Positions 45,051 through 56,519 of a DNA stretch of 64,000 nucleotides are shown here, piece by piece. The position numbers were made by a program, and so were the translations under genes. The DNA is from Mantamonas sphyraenae STR306 (lineage: Eukaryota; Protista; CRuMs), in NCBI GenBank assembly GCA_026936335.1, contig JAPMXV010000032.1, forward strand, positions 124,001 through 188,000, given 5' to 3'. The notes under the pieces were generated by a model. That model was not told where the DNA came from and made no database searches. It was given only the letters and a program-made list of their open reading frames with translations. The first letter of the stretch is position 1, and each line of letters starts with the position of its first letter.

Positions 45051-47518
45051 TCATCCAGAGGCGTTGAGAAGAGCGTGTGCGTCGGCTTCGGCCATTCGGC
45101 GGGCAAAGTCCTCTTCGACTGCCTCGTGTTGTCGCTTTTGGATGATCCGATGGCGCTTCTTGGCCTTCTCCTCGTTCTTGGCAGTGAGTTTCTTCTGTTG
45201 CAGCTCGCGAAGGCGTTCGAGCTGGCGCACGTAGGTCATGCGCTCCTCGGCAGCCTCCAGTTCGGCAAACTTTTGCTCCTCCACCGTCTCCTTGTCGGCG
45301 CGCAGGAATTGGTTCTTGATCTGGATGGCCTTGCGCTCTTGGGCCAAGCGTCGTTCCTCTTCCCGTTTCTTCTTGCGCTTCTCCTCCAGCTTGTCGTGCA
45401 GGACGAGGGCGCGCTCTTCGCTTGCCTCGCGCACGACGCGTTCGGCGGCGCGCTTCTTCTGCACTTTTTGTATCCGCCTTTCCTTGCTTTCCTTGTGTGC
45501 TGCCTGCCTCCTACGCGCAATGTCCACCAGCTTGCGCTTGATCCGTTCCTCCTTCTCGTGTTTCTCGGCCAGAATCTCCTTGCGCTTCTCCTCGCGCAAA
45601 AACTCCTCTTGGCGCTGCTGCATGGCGAGTCGCTCGCGCACTTCAATGGTGCTCATTTCGGCCATGAGTCCTGTGCCGGGCGTCTCTGTGGGGTCCACAA
45701 TCACCACACGTTGTTTGGGCACTCGTTCGATGGCTCTGATCTGTCGGATCCGTTCCTCTCTCTGCTTCTGTTCAAATTCCTCCCGGATGCGCTTTTGCTC
45801 CTCCAAGCGTTTTCGCTGTGCAATGAGATCCGCCACCTGCGCTTTCTTGCTTTCAAGGATCTCCTTTTTGGCTGCGCGCACCTTGCCCCTCATTTGATCC
45901 TGCACCTCCTCCACAATCTTGCGGTTGTGTGCCTCCACTTTGGCATTCAGAGCCTTCTTTTCACGCTTAATTTCCTCCTTTTGCTTGCGCACCTCCTCCG
46001 CCACCTGCTTGTTCTCCTCCAGCTTGCGTTCGCGTGCCTTGGCGGCCTCTTCTGCCGCGCGTGCCATCTCCTGTTTCCTGGCCTCGATTTCCCGCTCCCT
46101 TTCCTCATCATCCATGGCTCGCATGCGTTGCTGCCACTCAAAGTACTCTGAGGCGTCGCGCAGGCCGGCCTCGTAGTTTTCAATGGCCTGCGCCTCCTCC
46201 AGCTGCTTCTTGCGAAACAGCGCATCCTCACGCAGGATGGCTGCCGTGGTCATTTTGATTTCCACCTTTTCCTCCTGTCCGTCAAAGTCGGGCATCGGGG
46301 TGGCTTTGGGACCATCAAAGTCGAGTTCGGCCTCCAGGCGCTGTGTGGCTTCTTCTTCCAGCTTCTCCATGTTGCTGGGCCGCTTGTGTGTGGACAGGTC
46401 GAACTCGTCCTCTTTGCTGTACTTGAGGGCCACCCGGCGGTGGTTGTCGCGTTTGGCCTGCTCCACGGCGCGGATGGTTGCGTCGTTGGCCACGTACGTC
46501 GTCTCTGGAATCGGGTTTGCTTTCGTTTCAATGGCAATGGCCTCTGGTTCCGGCACCAGCGTGAACTTGGGTTCCGTCAGTTTGAATGGTTTCGCAACGG
46601 TCGCCTTCTTCTTTTTGCCCTTGGCCTTGTCGCGCTTGGTGACGGTTTCGTACGTCTCTTGCTTCATCTTTAGCTCGTCGCCTGTGCCACCACGAGGTAA
46701 GGACATGAGAGCATCGTGTGCAACCATGCGTATGATGGGTTGAATGCGCGTGTGAGTGGTCAAACGAGATGGATGTGCGTTGTGTGGAGGGTGGGGCGAG
46801 TGAGAGCGCGGATTGGTTTGCGGGCCGCGGGTCGGGCGTACCTTCAACGCGCTCCTTGATGTATGCAAGGAGGGTATCCGCTTGGTTCTGGTGGCTGAGA
46901 AGGCCTGCAATGACGACGTCGTCGATGTGGTGTTCGTCGTAAAGGGCGATCCATTCGTGGCGCACCCATTTGCGCAACTTCTTGGCGTTGAACAGGAACG
47001 TTACGAAATCTCGGGACTTGATGGCCGGCTCGGCAAGGAGGAAGGCCTTGAAGTCGGCCCAGCCGAGGTTCTCGAGCTGGTGGACAGCCAAGTAGAGCCA
47101 CAGACGGTAGAGGTCACGGTCAGTTCGCAGTACGGAGCCGCTATAGTTGTAGTAGAAGCTGCTAAGAAAGACCTGAGGAGGAGCGTGGCGGGGGCAAGGC
47201 GAGTGAGCCAGTGTGGGTGTGCGACCGGACAGAGGGAGATGAAATCACAGGTGGGGCCACAGTGGAGTGGGAGAGAGCACATGGACAACATACCTCAATC
47301 ATTTTTCGGTAGCGCTTGAGACCGTAGACGCAGGTGTGGAGAAACTGGACGAGTTGGTCGTCTGCCAGTTCGTCTGCGTGTTTCCGAAGGTAGTCCTCGC
47401 AGTGGGCATCGATGCTCATGGTGAGGGCATTGTGTGTATTGTACATGGTGAGGATGTGGCGAGAGATGTCTGCAGGCTGCATGCCCACGCGGTCAAAGAG
47501 GGAGCCTTCGCCACTCAT
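45051..47518 (-). CDS. CFAP99: Cilia- and flagella-associated protein 99; exons 47518..47294, 47172..46842, 46681..45051
   Basis: WIALYD, PFKLTEPK, TTAAILREDAL, YEAGLRDASEYFEWQ, GLMAEMSTIEVRERL. Confidence 0.85.
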
Positions 47519-47614
47519 CCGCTCTTTGAGGATTTGGTTTTGGCAGAGCCAGCGCATACTTCAAAGACGCGGTTGCAATCACTGCTTGCTGGCAGGTGGC
47601 AGCCACTGCAAAGG

Positions 47615-48655
47615 CTACTGGGTCTCCATCATGGCCTCCAGCTTGCTGAGGTGCTCTTTGGCCGCTTTGGACAGAAAGTGCGAGTCGCCGAGCTCCTTCC
47701 TGTAGCTGTTGAATGTGCGCTGCACAATGGGCAGGGCATCGGAAAGAATGTCGATGTTGATGGCGCGTGGGATCTCTGTCATGGTGCGTTCCTGCTGCAT
47801 CTGAAAGATCTGCTGCTCCAAGGGGCTTCGCTCACGTTTCGGACTTCCACGACTGCAGCGAGCAGCGAGCAGCGAGCAGCCAGCACCGGTGTCAGTGGCC
47901 AACGTGGAGCAAGATCAAGATGTGTGTGGGAGGGTGAAAGGTGGGCTGATGGGGGACTTCGCCCCCCTGGGGTGGGGGTGGGGGGTGGTGAAGGGTTGGA
48001 AGAGGAAGCACTTGTACGGTGGTGGGCAGCGGCCAGAAACGCACCTTTTGCCGGTGGAGCTAGAGGTGAGCGAGGAAGACGATGTCAAACCCTCTGCACG
48101 AGCAGCGCGCTTGAATGACTTTTTGCGCACGAGGATGCTCATGTCGGATTCGGTGCGCTTCATGCGGCCTTCCTGGCGGAAGGAAACGGTGCGCTTTGGG
48201 CCCTTGCTGGGCTTGCGGCGAAGCGCCGAGCGCGACTGCTTGCGGTCGCCTTCCTGCAAACGTGTGCGCATTGGAGAGCGCGAAGGGGACCGCCTAGCCT
48301 GACTGCCCTCATCGCCGCTGCTGCGTGCCCCTTCGTCCGAGGAGCGGTCGTCGTCCTCCTCAGGGACGTGCATCTCGACCACAAGCTCTGCGCCCAGATC
48401 CAGATCGCTCAGCTTGGCGTCCAGGGTCTGTTGCTCCTGTGTCTGTGAGTTGTCCTCCTCCAAAGCAGCCATTTCGGGCTTGGAAGGAGTGGCTCCTGTG
48501 GTTTCCCCGTTGTTGTTGTCCACGTCGTCGTCGTCGAGGGCAAAGGCCTCGACTTCCACGACTTCGGTCGACTCTGCTGTCAACTGGTCCCAGTCAGACG
48601 AGTCTGTGGGCTCGTCTGCTGTGTCCTGTGCCTTCAGCCGAGCCACTTGTGACAT
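47615..48655 (-). CDS. Hypothetical protein, acidic disordered N-terminus and small helical C-terminal domain; intron 47853..48044
   Basis: Phase-2 GTGCGT...CAG intron links ORFs 47915..48799 and 47615..47902. Confidence 0.6.
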
Positions 48656-48768
48656 GGCGCGGCAGGCAAGGTTGAAAAGGCTGGAGTGGTGGTCTGCGTT
48701 GGGTCGTCCACCGCATCGCAACAACCCATTGAGGACAGCAGAAGAAAGCAAGACAGAAAAGACACGAT

Positions 48769-50334
48769 ATGAGCAGCAGTGACAGCACGTTTGACGCAAA
48801 GGCCGTGAAGGAATCGTTCCTCAAGCTTAAGGAGGAGTGCCAGCCCTCGTTCAAGGGCTTCAACACGGATTGCATCCACGCAGGCCAGAAGCCCGATTCG
48901 GTGACCGGCGCCGTCATCCCCAACCTGGCTCTGACCACCACATTTGCCCAGTCGTCGCCTGGTGTGCACTCTGTATGTTGACGCCTTGCCAGCTGCCAGC
49001 CGGAATGTGCCGCTTGACGTTTCGGCACTTCACGTGTACACGGCACGAAACAGCAACTACACGACACACGCGTCCGCGCAGTCTGTGCGCGTGTGTGGAG
49101 CACGAAATTTCCGTTGGTTTGCATGCGCACGGCCCATCATGTGGTCGTGCACGGGTCAGGAAAAGAGGACCAGTCCGCCTTTGCCCAAAAAAAAACACCC
49201 TCTCGCGTCCGGACGCCAGGAAAAAGGGCCCCGGCAGTGCAACGAGAAGCTGAACTGACACACGGGCGCGTCCCCACGTTTGGTGACACGCACACACATG
49301 GATAGGGCTACGAGTACCAGCGCTCGGGCAACCCCACGCGTGACACGCTGGAGGCCAACCTGGCCAAGCTGGAAAACGCCAAGCACTGCATGACGTTCAG
49401 CTGTGGTCTGGCAGCAACGACGACGATTGTGAGCACGCTGTCCAAGGGGGACCACGTGATTGTGGTCGACGATGTGTACGGCGGCACCAACCGTCTGTTC
49501 CGCAAGGTGCTCACCCGCTTTGGGCTGGACTTTGACTTTGTGGACATGAACGACGAGGAGGCCCTGGAGGCGGCGTTCACGGAGAACACCAAGCTGCTGT
49601 GGCTGGAGACGCCCACCAACCCGACGCTGACGATCACCGATGTCAGCAAGGTGGCCGAGATTGCACATGCCCACAACGCCGTGCTGGTGGTGGACAACAC
49701 GTTCATGTCGCCGTACTTCCAGCACCCGCTGGACCTGGGCGCGGACATTGTGATGCACTCGATCACCAAGTACATCAACGGCCACTCGGACGTGGTCATG
49801 GGCTGCTGCATGACCAACGACGACCAGTTGCACGAGAGCATTCGCTTCTTGCAGAATGCCATGGGCGCCGTGCCCTCGCCCTTTGACTGCTACCAGGTGC
49901 TGCGCAGCACCAAGACGCTTGCTGTGCGCATGCGTGCTCACGAGAGCAACGCCTTTGCCGTGGCCAACTTCCTGGAGGCTCACGACAAGGTGGAAAAGGT
50001 GTCGTACCCGGGTCTGGAGTCGCACCCGCAGCACGCCATCGCCAAGAAGCAGATGAGCGGCTTTGGTGGCATGATTACCTTTTGGATCAAGGGTGACATC
50101 GAGGCAGCACGCACCTTTTTGGAGAACGTCAAGCTGTTTACGCTCGCCGAGTCGCTCGGAGGTGTGGAGAGCCTCTGCGAGCACCCGGCCATCATGACCC
50201 ACGCGTCCGTGCCTGCTGAGCAGCGCGCCAAGCTGGGCATCGATGACCAGCTCATTCGTCTGTCTGTGGGCATTGAGGAGGAGGCCGATCTGCTGGCCGA
50301 CCTGGAGAACGCCCTGGAGCAGGTGAGCCTGTGA
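48769..50334 (+). CDS. CTH: Cystathionine gamma-lyase; intron 48973..49305
   Basis: IHAGQ, YQRSGNPTR, DDVYGGT, WLETPTNP, VDNTF, HSITKYINGHSD (PLP lysine), LAESLGGVESL. Confidence 0.95.
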
Positions 50335-50438
50335 GGAGCCCAGCAGCCCGAACACAAGAATGGATGGTGACTGTTTGCCGATTTTTGTTCTTGATGCTAC
50401 GCGAATGGAAAGCCCGTCGCTCCCCTGGTTGAAGTTTT

Positions 50439-52658
50439 TCACAGTTCCACCTCTAGTCCAAGGGACACGTTGAGTAGGGTCTGCCAGTTTTCTGCCGACA
50501 GAGTCTGCGTGGCCTTCCAGTAGACGGCAAAGGAGATGGCCAGCATGTACCAGAACCAGCCGTCGGTGTGTGTAAAAGCCAGACGATGGAGCTTGGGCAC
50601 GGAAATGGTGCCCTTGACCTTGAGGGCGGACAAGCGGTGGTCAAACACACGCACCAGGTAGACCTGCTGCACAAAGGCCAATGCGTGGGCGAGGGCAAGG
50701 GTGGCCATGATGATGGCCATGCGGATCCACAGCCACATCTGGATGGCGACCGGCTTGAGAGCACAGGTGAAGCCGAGCAGGCAGCTGCTGGCCGGGGTGA
50801 AGGACGACGTAGACACAAGGACGTCGAACAGCACGAGAAGAGGCACAACAATGGTGGCCACAAACTGGCTGAGGGCAGCAGAGCGGCTGAGCTGGAGCAG
50901 GCGGCGGAGTTCTTGTGCGCGAGAGTGGATTTCGTGATACTCGTTGGTGGCCGCCTCCTCGTCGTCGCCAAGCATGAGTCGCTGCACGCGTTGGGCCACC
51001 GAACGAGTCAGCGCAAGTCCCACGCCACTGTACAGAAAGACAACCGACACAAAGTGTGTGGCCAGCGTAATGAAAAAGTTTGCGCCCAAGCTCAGGTCCT
51101 CGTCGCTGCCGGCAATGTACATGGCAGCATAGTAGATCTCCTCAGCCACACTGGAGGCAAAGACAAAGCCACCGACCAGGGCGTCGTCCACGTCGGACAT
51201 GTTGCGTGCAATCTCCTCCAGAGTGAGCTTTGCCACGAGCCACATGAGACGCAGCACCACGTTGTACACCAGCGATGAGAGCACAGACGACACTTGGATG
51301 ATCAAATAGGCGGAAACTTGGCCCAAGAGCTCCAACTGGCTCAGGGCCACGATGTACAGGCACACGTAGCCGAAGCTGAGGTACAGCTCCTTGCGAGCGT
51401 GCATGAGGAGGGGCACGCCAGCAAGCACAATGAAGGCTGCGGGCAGTAGCAGATACCACCAGGGACTGAGCAGACGGAACTCCACCAGGGGCTCAAACAG
51501 CAACTGGGCCACAATAAACAGCGCAGACACAATCATCATCGTAATGGATTCGGGCGAGTACATGCTCTGATCCTTGGTGCTGGACGACAGCCTCCTGGCA
51601 TTGTCGCTAAACAGGGCACTGGCGGCCGCCCTGAGCGTGCCTGACGAGCGCCTGCGTGTGCTGCGGGCCTCGTTGGTGCGGCTCATGCTCGAGGCAACGT
51701 CTTGCACACCCTGCATGATGCCTCCCATGGCACTGGTGACCATGTTGCGCGTGGCGTCGTGGATATTGCCCGAAGCGTGCGTCAGGCGCAGGTAGAAGAC
51801 CACAGGCACGACGACGGTGGTGAGGACCAGCTGCACCACAAAGGCAGCCACGTTCCAGTCGCGAAAGGTGTCGCTTGTGGACACACCGCCCAGGATCACG
51901 GTCAGCACCTGCATGGTGGCGCTGATGAGACCCACAAGCACGGGGAGCACCAGTCTCTGGGTCATGCTTACAACCGTGGTTGGGTACACCATGGCAAAGG
52001 TCTCCACGGCAACATAGGGCGTCGCCACGCCGTACATGAGCACACGCCGTGCAATCTTGGCAACGTCCCATGCCGAACCGGCGTTGTCGGGGCCAAACAC
52101 AAACAGGACAACGCTCTGTGATGCCGGGTACGGCGTGCGGACGGGGCCGAAAACGGGAAAACGGTGGGTGTGAGGCTACGCGGCCCCTTGCTCCTTGTTG
52201 CTGGGCATCACAGGCACACTCACCAGAAGATCGACAAGAACCATGACGCCAATGAGGGATAACTCCTTGAGGGTAAACATGTAGCGCATCTGGTCGGCCT
52301 GCGGCTCCAGCATCTGCTTGCGCTGCGCCTGCATGGTCTTTTCGCGTAGCTCGGCACGCTCCTCGGCCTCGGTTTTGGCGGGGGCCTCCATGTCTGTTTG
52401 CGACTCGGACCATTCGATGTGGTCGGTAAAGGCACGAAAGTGAAGGCTGCGCATGTCCTTCGAGTTGGCCTCCTTTGGCGGTGCCGTCTTGACCGGTGTT
52501 TCGCACTCGGGGCAGCTTTGTTCAAATTCGTACAGGGCCACCGCACACAGGTCGCACACGACCTTATGCTGGCAGTCAATCAACATCACCAGCTCCTTCT
52601 GTGATTCGCCGCAGCTGGCACACGTGTTGCCCGTGGCATGCTCAGTGGCAACCGACAT
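50439..52658 (-). CDS. N-terminal RING finger fused to a large multi-pass membrane domain; intron 52116..52223
   Basis: CASC...DCQHKVVCDLC...CPEC, then roughly ten or more hydrophobic segments; phase-0 GTGAGT...CAG intron. Confidence 0.75.
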
Positions 52659-52724
52659 CAGCGTGGTCAACCCCACGCGCGGACGGAAGCACATCGACTG
52701 GACATCGGGAACAAGCAGAAAAGC

Positions 52725-54090
52725 ATGAGCAAGACAAACGAACAGTGGATTCTGAAGAGCAGGTGAGCTGCCATGCATGACTCGAGCCGGGTCCAGTGGA
52801 GCGCTGCGGGCACAGGGCGGGGATTTTAAGGAGACGTCGGCTGACATCCACTCGGACGGGACATTCACGCAGGCCCAAGGGCGCACCGACCACGGAAAAC
52901 TTTGAGGTGAAGGAAGTGGAGATCCCTGAGCTGCAGGACGGCGGTGAGTAGCGTTGCAGCGACTGCCCAGCGAGGCAGTGTTCCAGCCGAGCGACGGACA
53001 CACAAAAAATTCTGGCCGGAAGCAATCCATTCCGGCTAACGTTGTCATTTCCCCGTGCACAGAGTTCCTGGTCCAGGTGGAGTACATCAGCGTGGATCCG
53101 TATGTGCGTGGACGTCTGCGAGAGACAATCAACCCTCGGTATGCCAAGGTGCTGCAGATTGGAGACGTGATCATCGGCGGCGGCGTGGGCATCGTGGCGG
53201 AGTCCAAGTCGGAGACGTACCCCGAGGGCACGCGTGTGGTTCACTTTATGGGATGGCAGCGCTATGTCGTGCTGAATGAGTCGTCGCGTCCTGTGAAGCT
53301 GCCCGACTTTCCCGAGAACGTTCCTTCGTCGTACGCCTTGGGCATCTTGGGTATGCCTGGTTACACGGCTTACTTTGGCCTCACCGACGTCGCTTCTCTG
53401 CAGAAGGGCGACATTGTGGTGGTGAGTGCCGCCGCAGGCGCTGTGGGCTCCGTTGTGGTGCAGATTGCCAAGAAGCTCTATGACTGCACCGTCGTAGGCA
53501 TTGCAGGCTCGGATGAAAAGTGCTCGTACGTCACCGACGTCCTCGGTGCAGATGCATGCATCAACTACAAGACCAGCACGGTCAAAGACGGCAAGCTGAA
53601 GGCGGCGCTGGAGGAGGCCCTGCCCGACGGCTGGGACGTGTACTTTGACAACGTGGGTGGCCCCATCAGCGATACTCTCATGCCGATGATGCGTTTGCGC
53701 GCACGTATTGCCGTCTGCGGTGTGGTGTCCCAGTACAACAACACGGTTACCGGCACGGGAACCGCCGACGTCGACGACAAGAGCAACGACAATGACAGCA
53801 GCAGCAGCAGCAGCAGCAGCACCACTGGAGACGATGTTTCTGGTGCAAACTCGCTCTACCAGCCCCGCTTTGGTGGCCTCATTGTCACCAACCGCGCACG
53901 CATCCAGGGTTTCATTGTCTCGGACTACTTCCGTCGTCTCAGCGAGGCGGACAAGGTTCTGCAGAAGAATGTCCTCAGTGGCGATTTCAAGTACAGCGAA
54001 ACCGTGGCCGAAGGCTTCGAGTCTGTGCCGCAGGCGTTCATCGACCTCCTCGCTGGAGCAAACACGGGCAAGATGGTGGTGAAGCTCTGA
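52725..54090 (+). CDS. NADP-dependent oxidoreductase (PTGR1/YncB family); introns 52763..52872, 52944..53062
   Basis: WILKSRPKG, ISVDPYVR, LGMPGYTAYFGL, VSAAAGAVGS, YFDNVGG, GANTGKMVVKL. Confidence 0.92.
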
Positions 54091-54094
54091 GCCG

Positions 54095-56339
54095 TCATTT
54101 CAATCGATCGATTTCGTCCACAATGATCTCATCCGATTGCGAGAGTTCTTGGATCTTGTCATCTGATTGTGAGAGCTCTTGGATCAGGCCGAGGACGTGC
54201 ATCAGGCCCAGCTTGTCCCGTTTTTCCCACAGTTCTTTCGCCTTTTCGCTTGTTGGCGAAAGCTCGGGCACCGACGAACGAGGTGTCTGGGCAGTGTGTG
54301 TGGAGCTTTCGCTTGGTTGTTGGTTGACGCTGATCACCAGCGGAGTGGCCTGGGCCACAACCACCTCGTCGCCGCTCTTTTCCGCAGACACAAAGTCAAA
54401 CTCGACCTCGCTGCGGTCCTCCTCCGACGTATTTTCTTCCACAGACGGCTTCAAGTACTCGTGCATGACGAGTTTTGCCCGTGGCTGATCCGTGCTGTTC
54501 TTCTGTCTCCTGTTGCGCTTGCGCTGCTCCTCGATAAAATGGACCAGCTCTGGTGTTCCCGCCGCGGCTGCCCGCTTTGTGCGTGGGTTGTGAGCGTGCC
54601 CTCCACGCGACTTGGGTGTGGGTGTGGGTGTTTGTACATGGTTGCCACCTGACGACGTTCCTGGTCCGCTCGCAGGCGACCCCGAGCTGTCGGACGATCG
54701 CTCTGGCTTCTCAAGAACCAAAATCGTCTGCACCAGCTCCTGGTCAGCCGGCCCCTCATGCTCGCTCTCCTGAGATTCGGAAACACTGGGAGGCTGTGGC
54801 GTAAACACTTCCACTACGACATCCTGCTGCTGCTGTTGTTGGTCGTGCTGCGACGCCCTGCTCTCGGATGTCCCCTGATCCTGGCTGTTCTGGTCGCTTT
54901 TTTGCTTCTCTAGGCGTGCGTACTGCTGTCTGTCTCTACGAATGCGGTCGCGCAGCGCGTTTGCGCTCTGCAGCTCGTGCTTGCCTCTCCGATTCCCTCA
55001 AAGCCTCCTCCAGCTGCCTCGCCACCTTTTCCTCCTCAGTGTCATTTGCTCGTGCTTGAAGCATCTCCTTTCTGCGGCTGGCCATCTTCTTCTCTCTCTT
55101 CTTTCTGCTCCTTCGCCGCCTCTGCTGCTCCGCCTCGCTTCGTGTGCTGCGCTTGCCAATTTCAGGGCTGTGCGCATCCCCCAACTGCTTTTGCTTCGAC
55201 GCCATATCTCTCAACACCCTTCGGTTCTCCTCTCGCAGTTTCTGGTACCTTTCTGCATCCCATTCCAGCTCCTGCCGCTGCATTGCTCGCTGTGCACGCT
55301 CTGTGCTCACTCCGTCCTGCCAGTTGCCTTCGTCCTCTGTTATCTGTACTGCCTGAGACGCGAGTGGGTGTGCATCGACGCCTGTGTCTTCGTCTTCGCC
55401 TTCATCGTCCTCTTCTTCTTTGTCCTCGTCCTCTTCCCAGTCGTCTTCGTACTCGTCGTCCTCTTCCTCGTCGTCCAGCTTGAGCTCTTCCAGGTAGGAC
55501 TGCAACGCTTCTTGCAGGGCAGGATACTCAAGGATCTCCTGCACGCTGGGTCTGTCCTTGGGGTCCTGCTGGAGCATCCGGTCGATAAGCACCTGGACCT
55601 CGGGGTCGTACTCGCTTGGAGAGATGGTGTCGTACGTGCCCTGGATGATCTTGAGCACAATGGCAGGAAGATTGGGGGCATGGAACGCCGGCTTGAGGGT
55701 GCACAGCTCGTAGAGTAGGCAACCAAGCGCCCACACGTCAGACTCCTTTCCATACTCCTTGCCCTCACAGATTTCGGGCGAAAGGTTGTAAGGCGTGCCC
55801 AGAAACGTCTGGGCAAACTGTGAGGTGTCGGACAGGGTCTTGGCGATGCCAAAATCGCCCAGCTTGATGCGGTTTTGGCTGGTGATGAACACATTTGCAG
55901 TTTTCAGGTCACGATGAAGGATGTTCTGTGCATGCACATGCTCCAGTGCCAAACAGAGCTGGACAAACCAGTGAAGCACAATGCTTTGGGGGAACAGCTT
56001 GTTGTGCGTCTTTGCGGCGCCGACAAGGCCCGCGAGATCGCCCGCGTCGGCAAACTCCATCACAATACAAAGCAGACGGTCGTCTTCGTCGCCATCACTG
56101 CCCTCAGGCGACTCCGGTTCATGTACAAAGGTTTCCACGTAGCGTACGATGTTTGGGTGGTGCAGCTTCTCCAGCACGGTGGCCTCCTTTTCGGCCAGAG
56201 CGCGCTCGCCGTCGCCCATCAAGTCCACCTGCATCTTTTTCATGACCAGCAGCTTCGATTCGTCGCCCACTGCGTGAACCAATGATGCCACACCGTAGGT
56301 GCCTCGGCCCAACATGGCCACCTCCTTGTATCGGTACAT
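54095..56339 (-). CDS. NIMA-related kinase (NEK); apparent frameshift ~54961
   Basis: LGRGTYG, HPNIVRY, MEFADAGDL, HRDLKTANVF, KLGDFG, GTPYNLSPE, SDVWALG; coiled-coil tail continues in another frame to 54095. Confidence 0.9.
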
Positions 56340-56519
56340 GGACAGGCTGCGGGGTTGTGTGTGTTTGCGCTGGCTTCGTCCGGGCCGTCGTGGAGCAAGG
56401 CACAAGCTGTGGCGACCGGACATGGCAGGGAGGCCCTATGCTGTACGCGTTCAGTGGGTGGGTGCTGCGAGAGACGGGCCAAGCAGCGCACGAGTGCTGC
56501 CAACGAAACCCTGAGAAGC

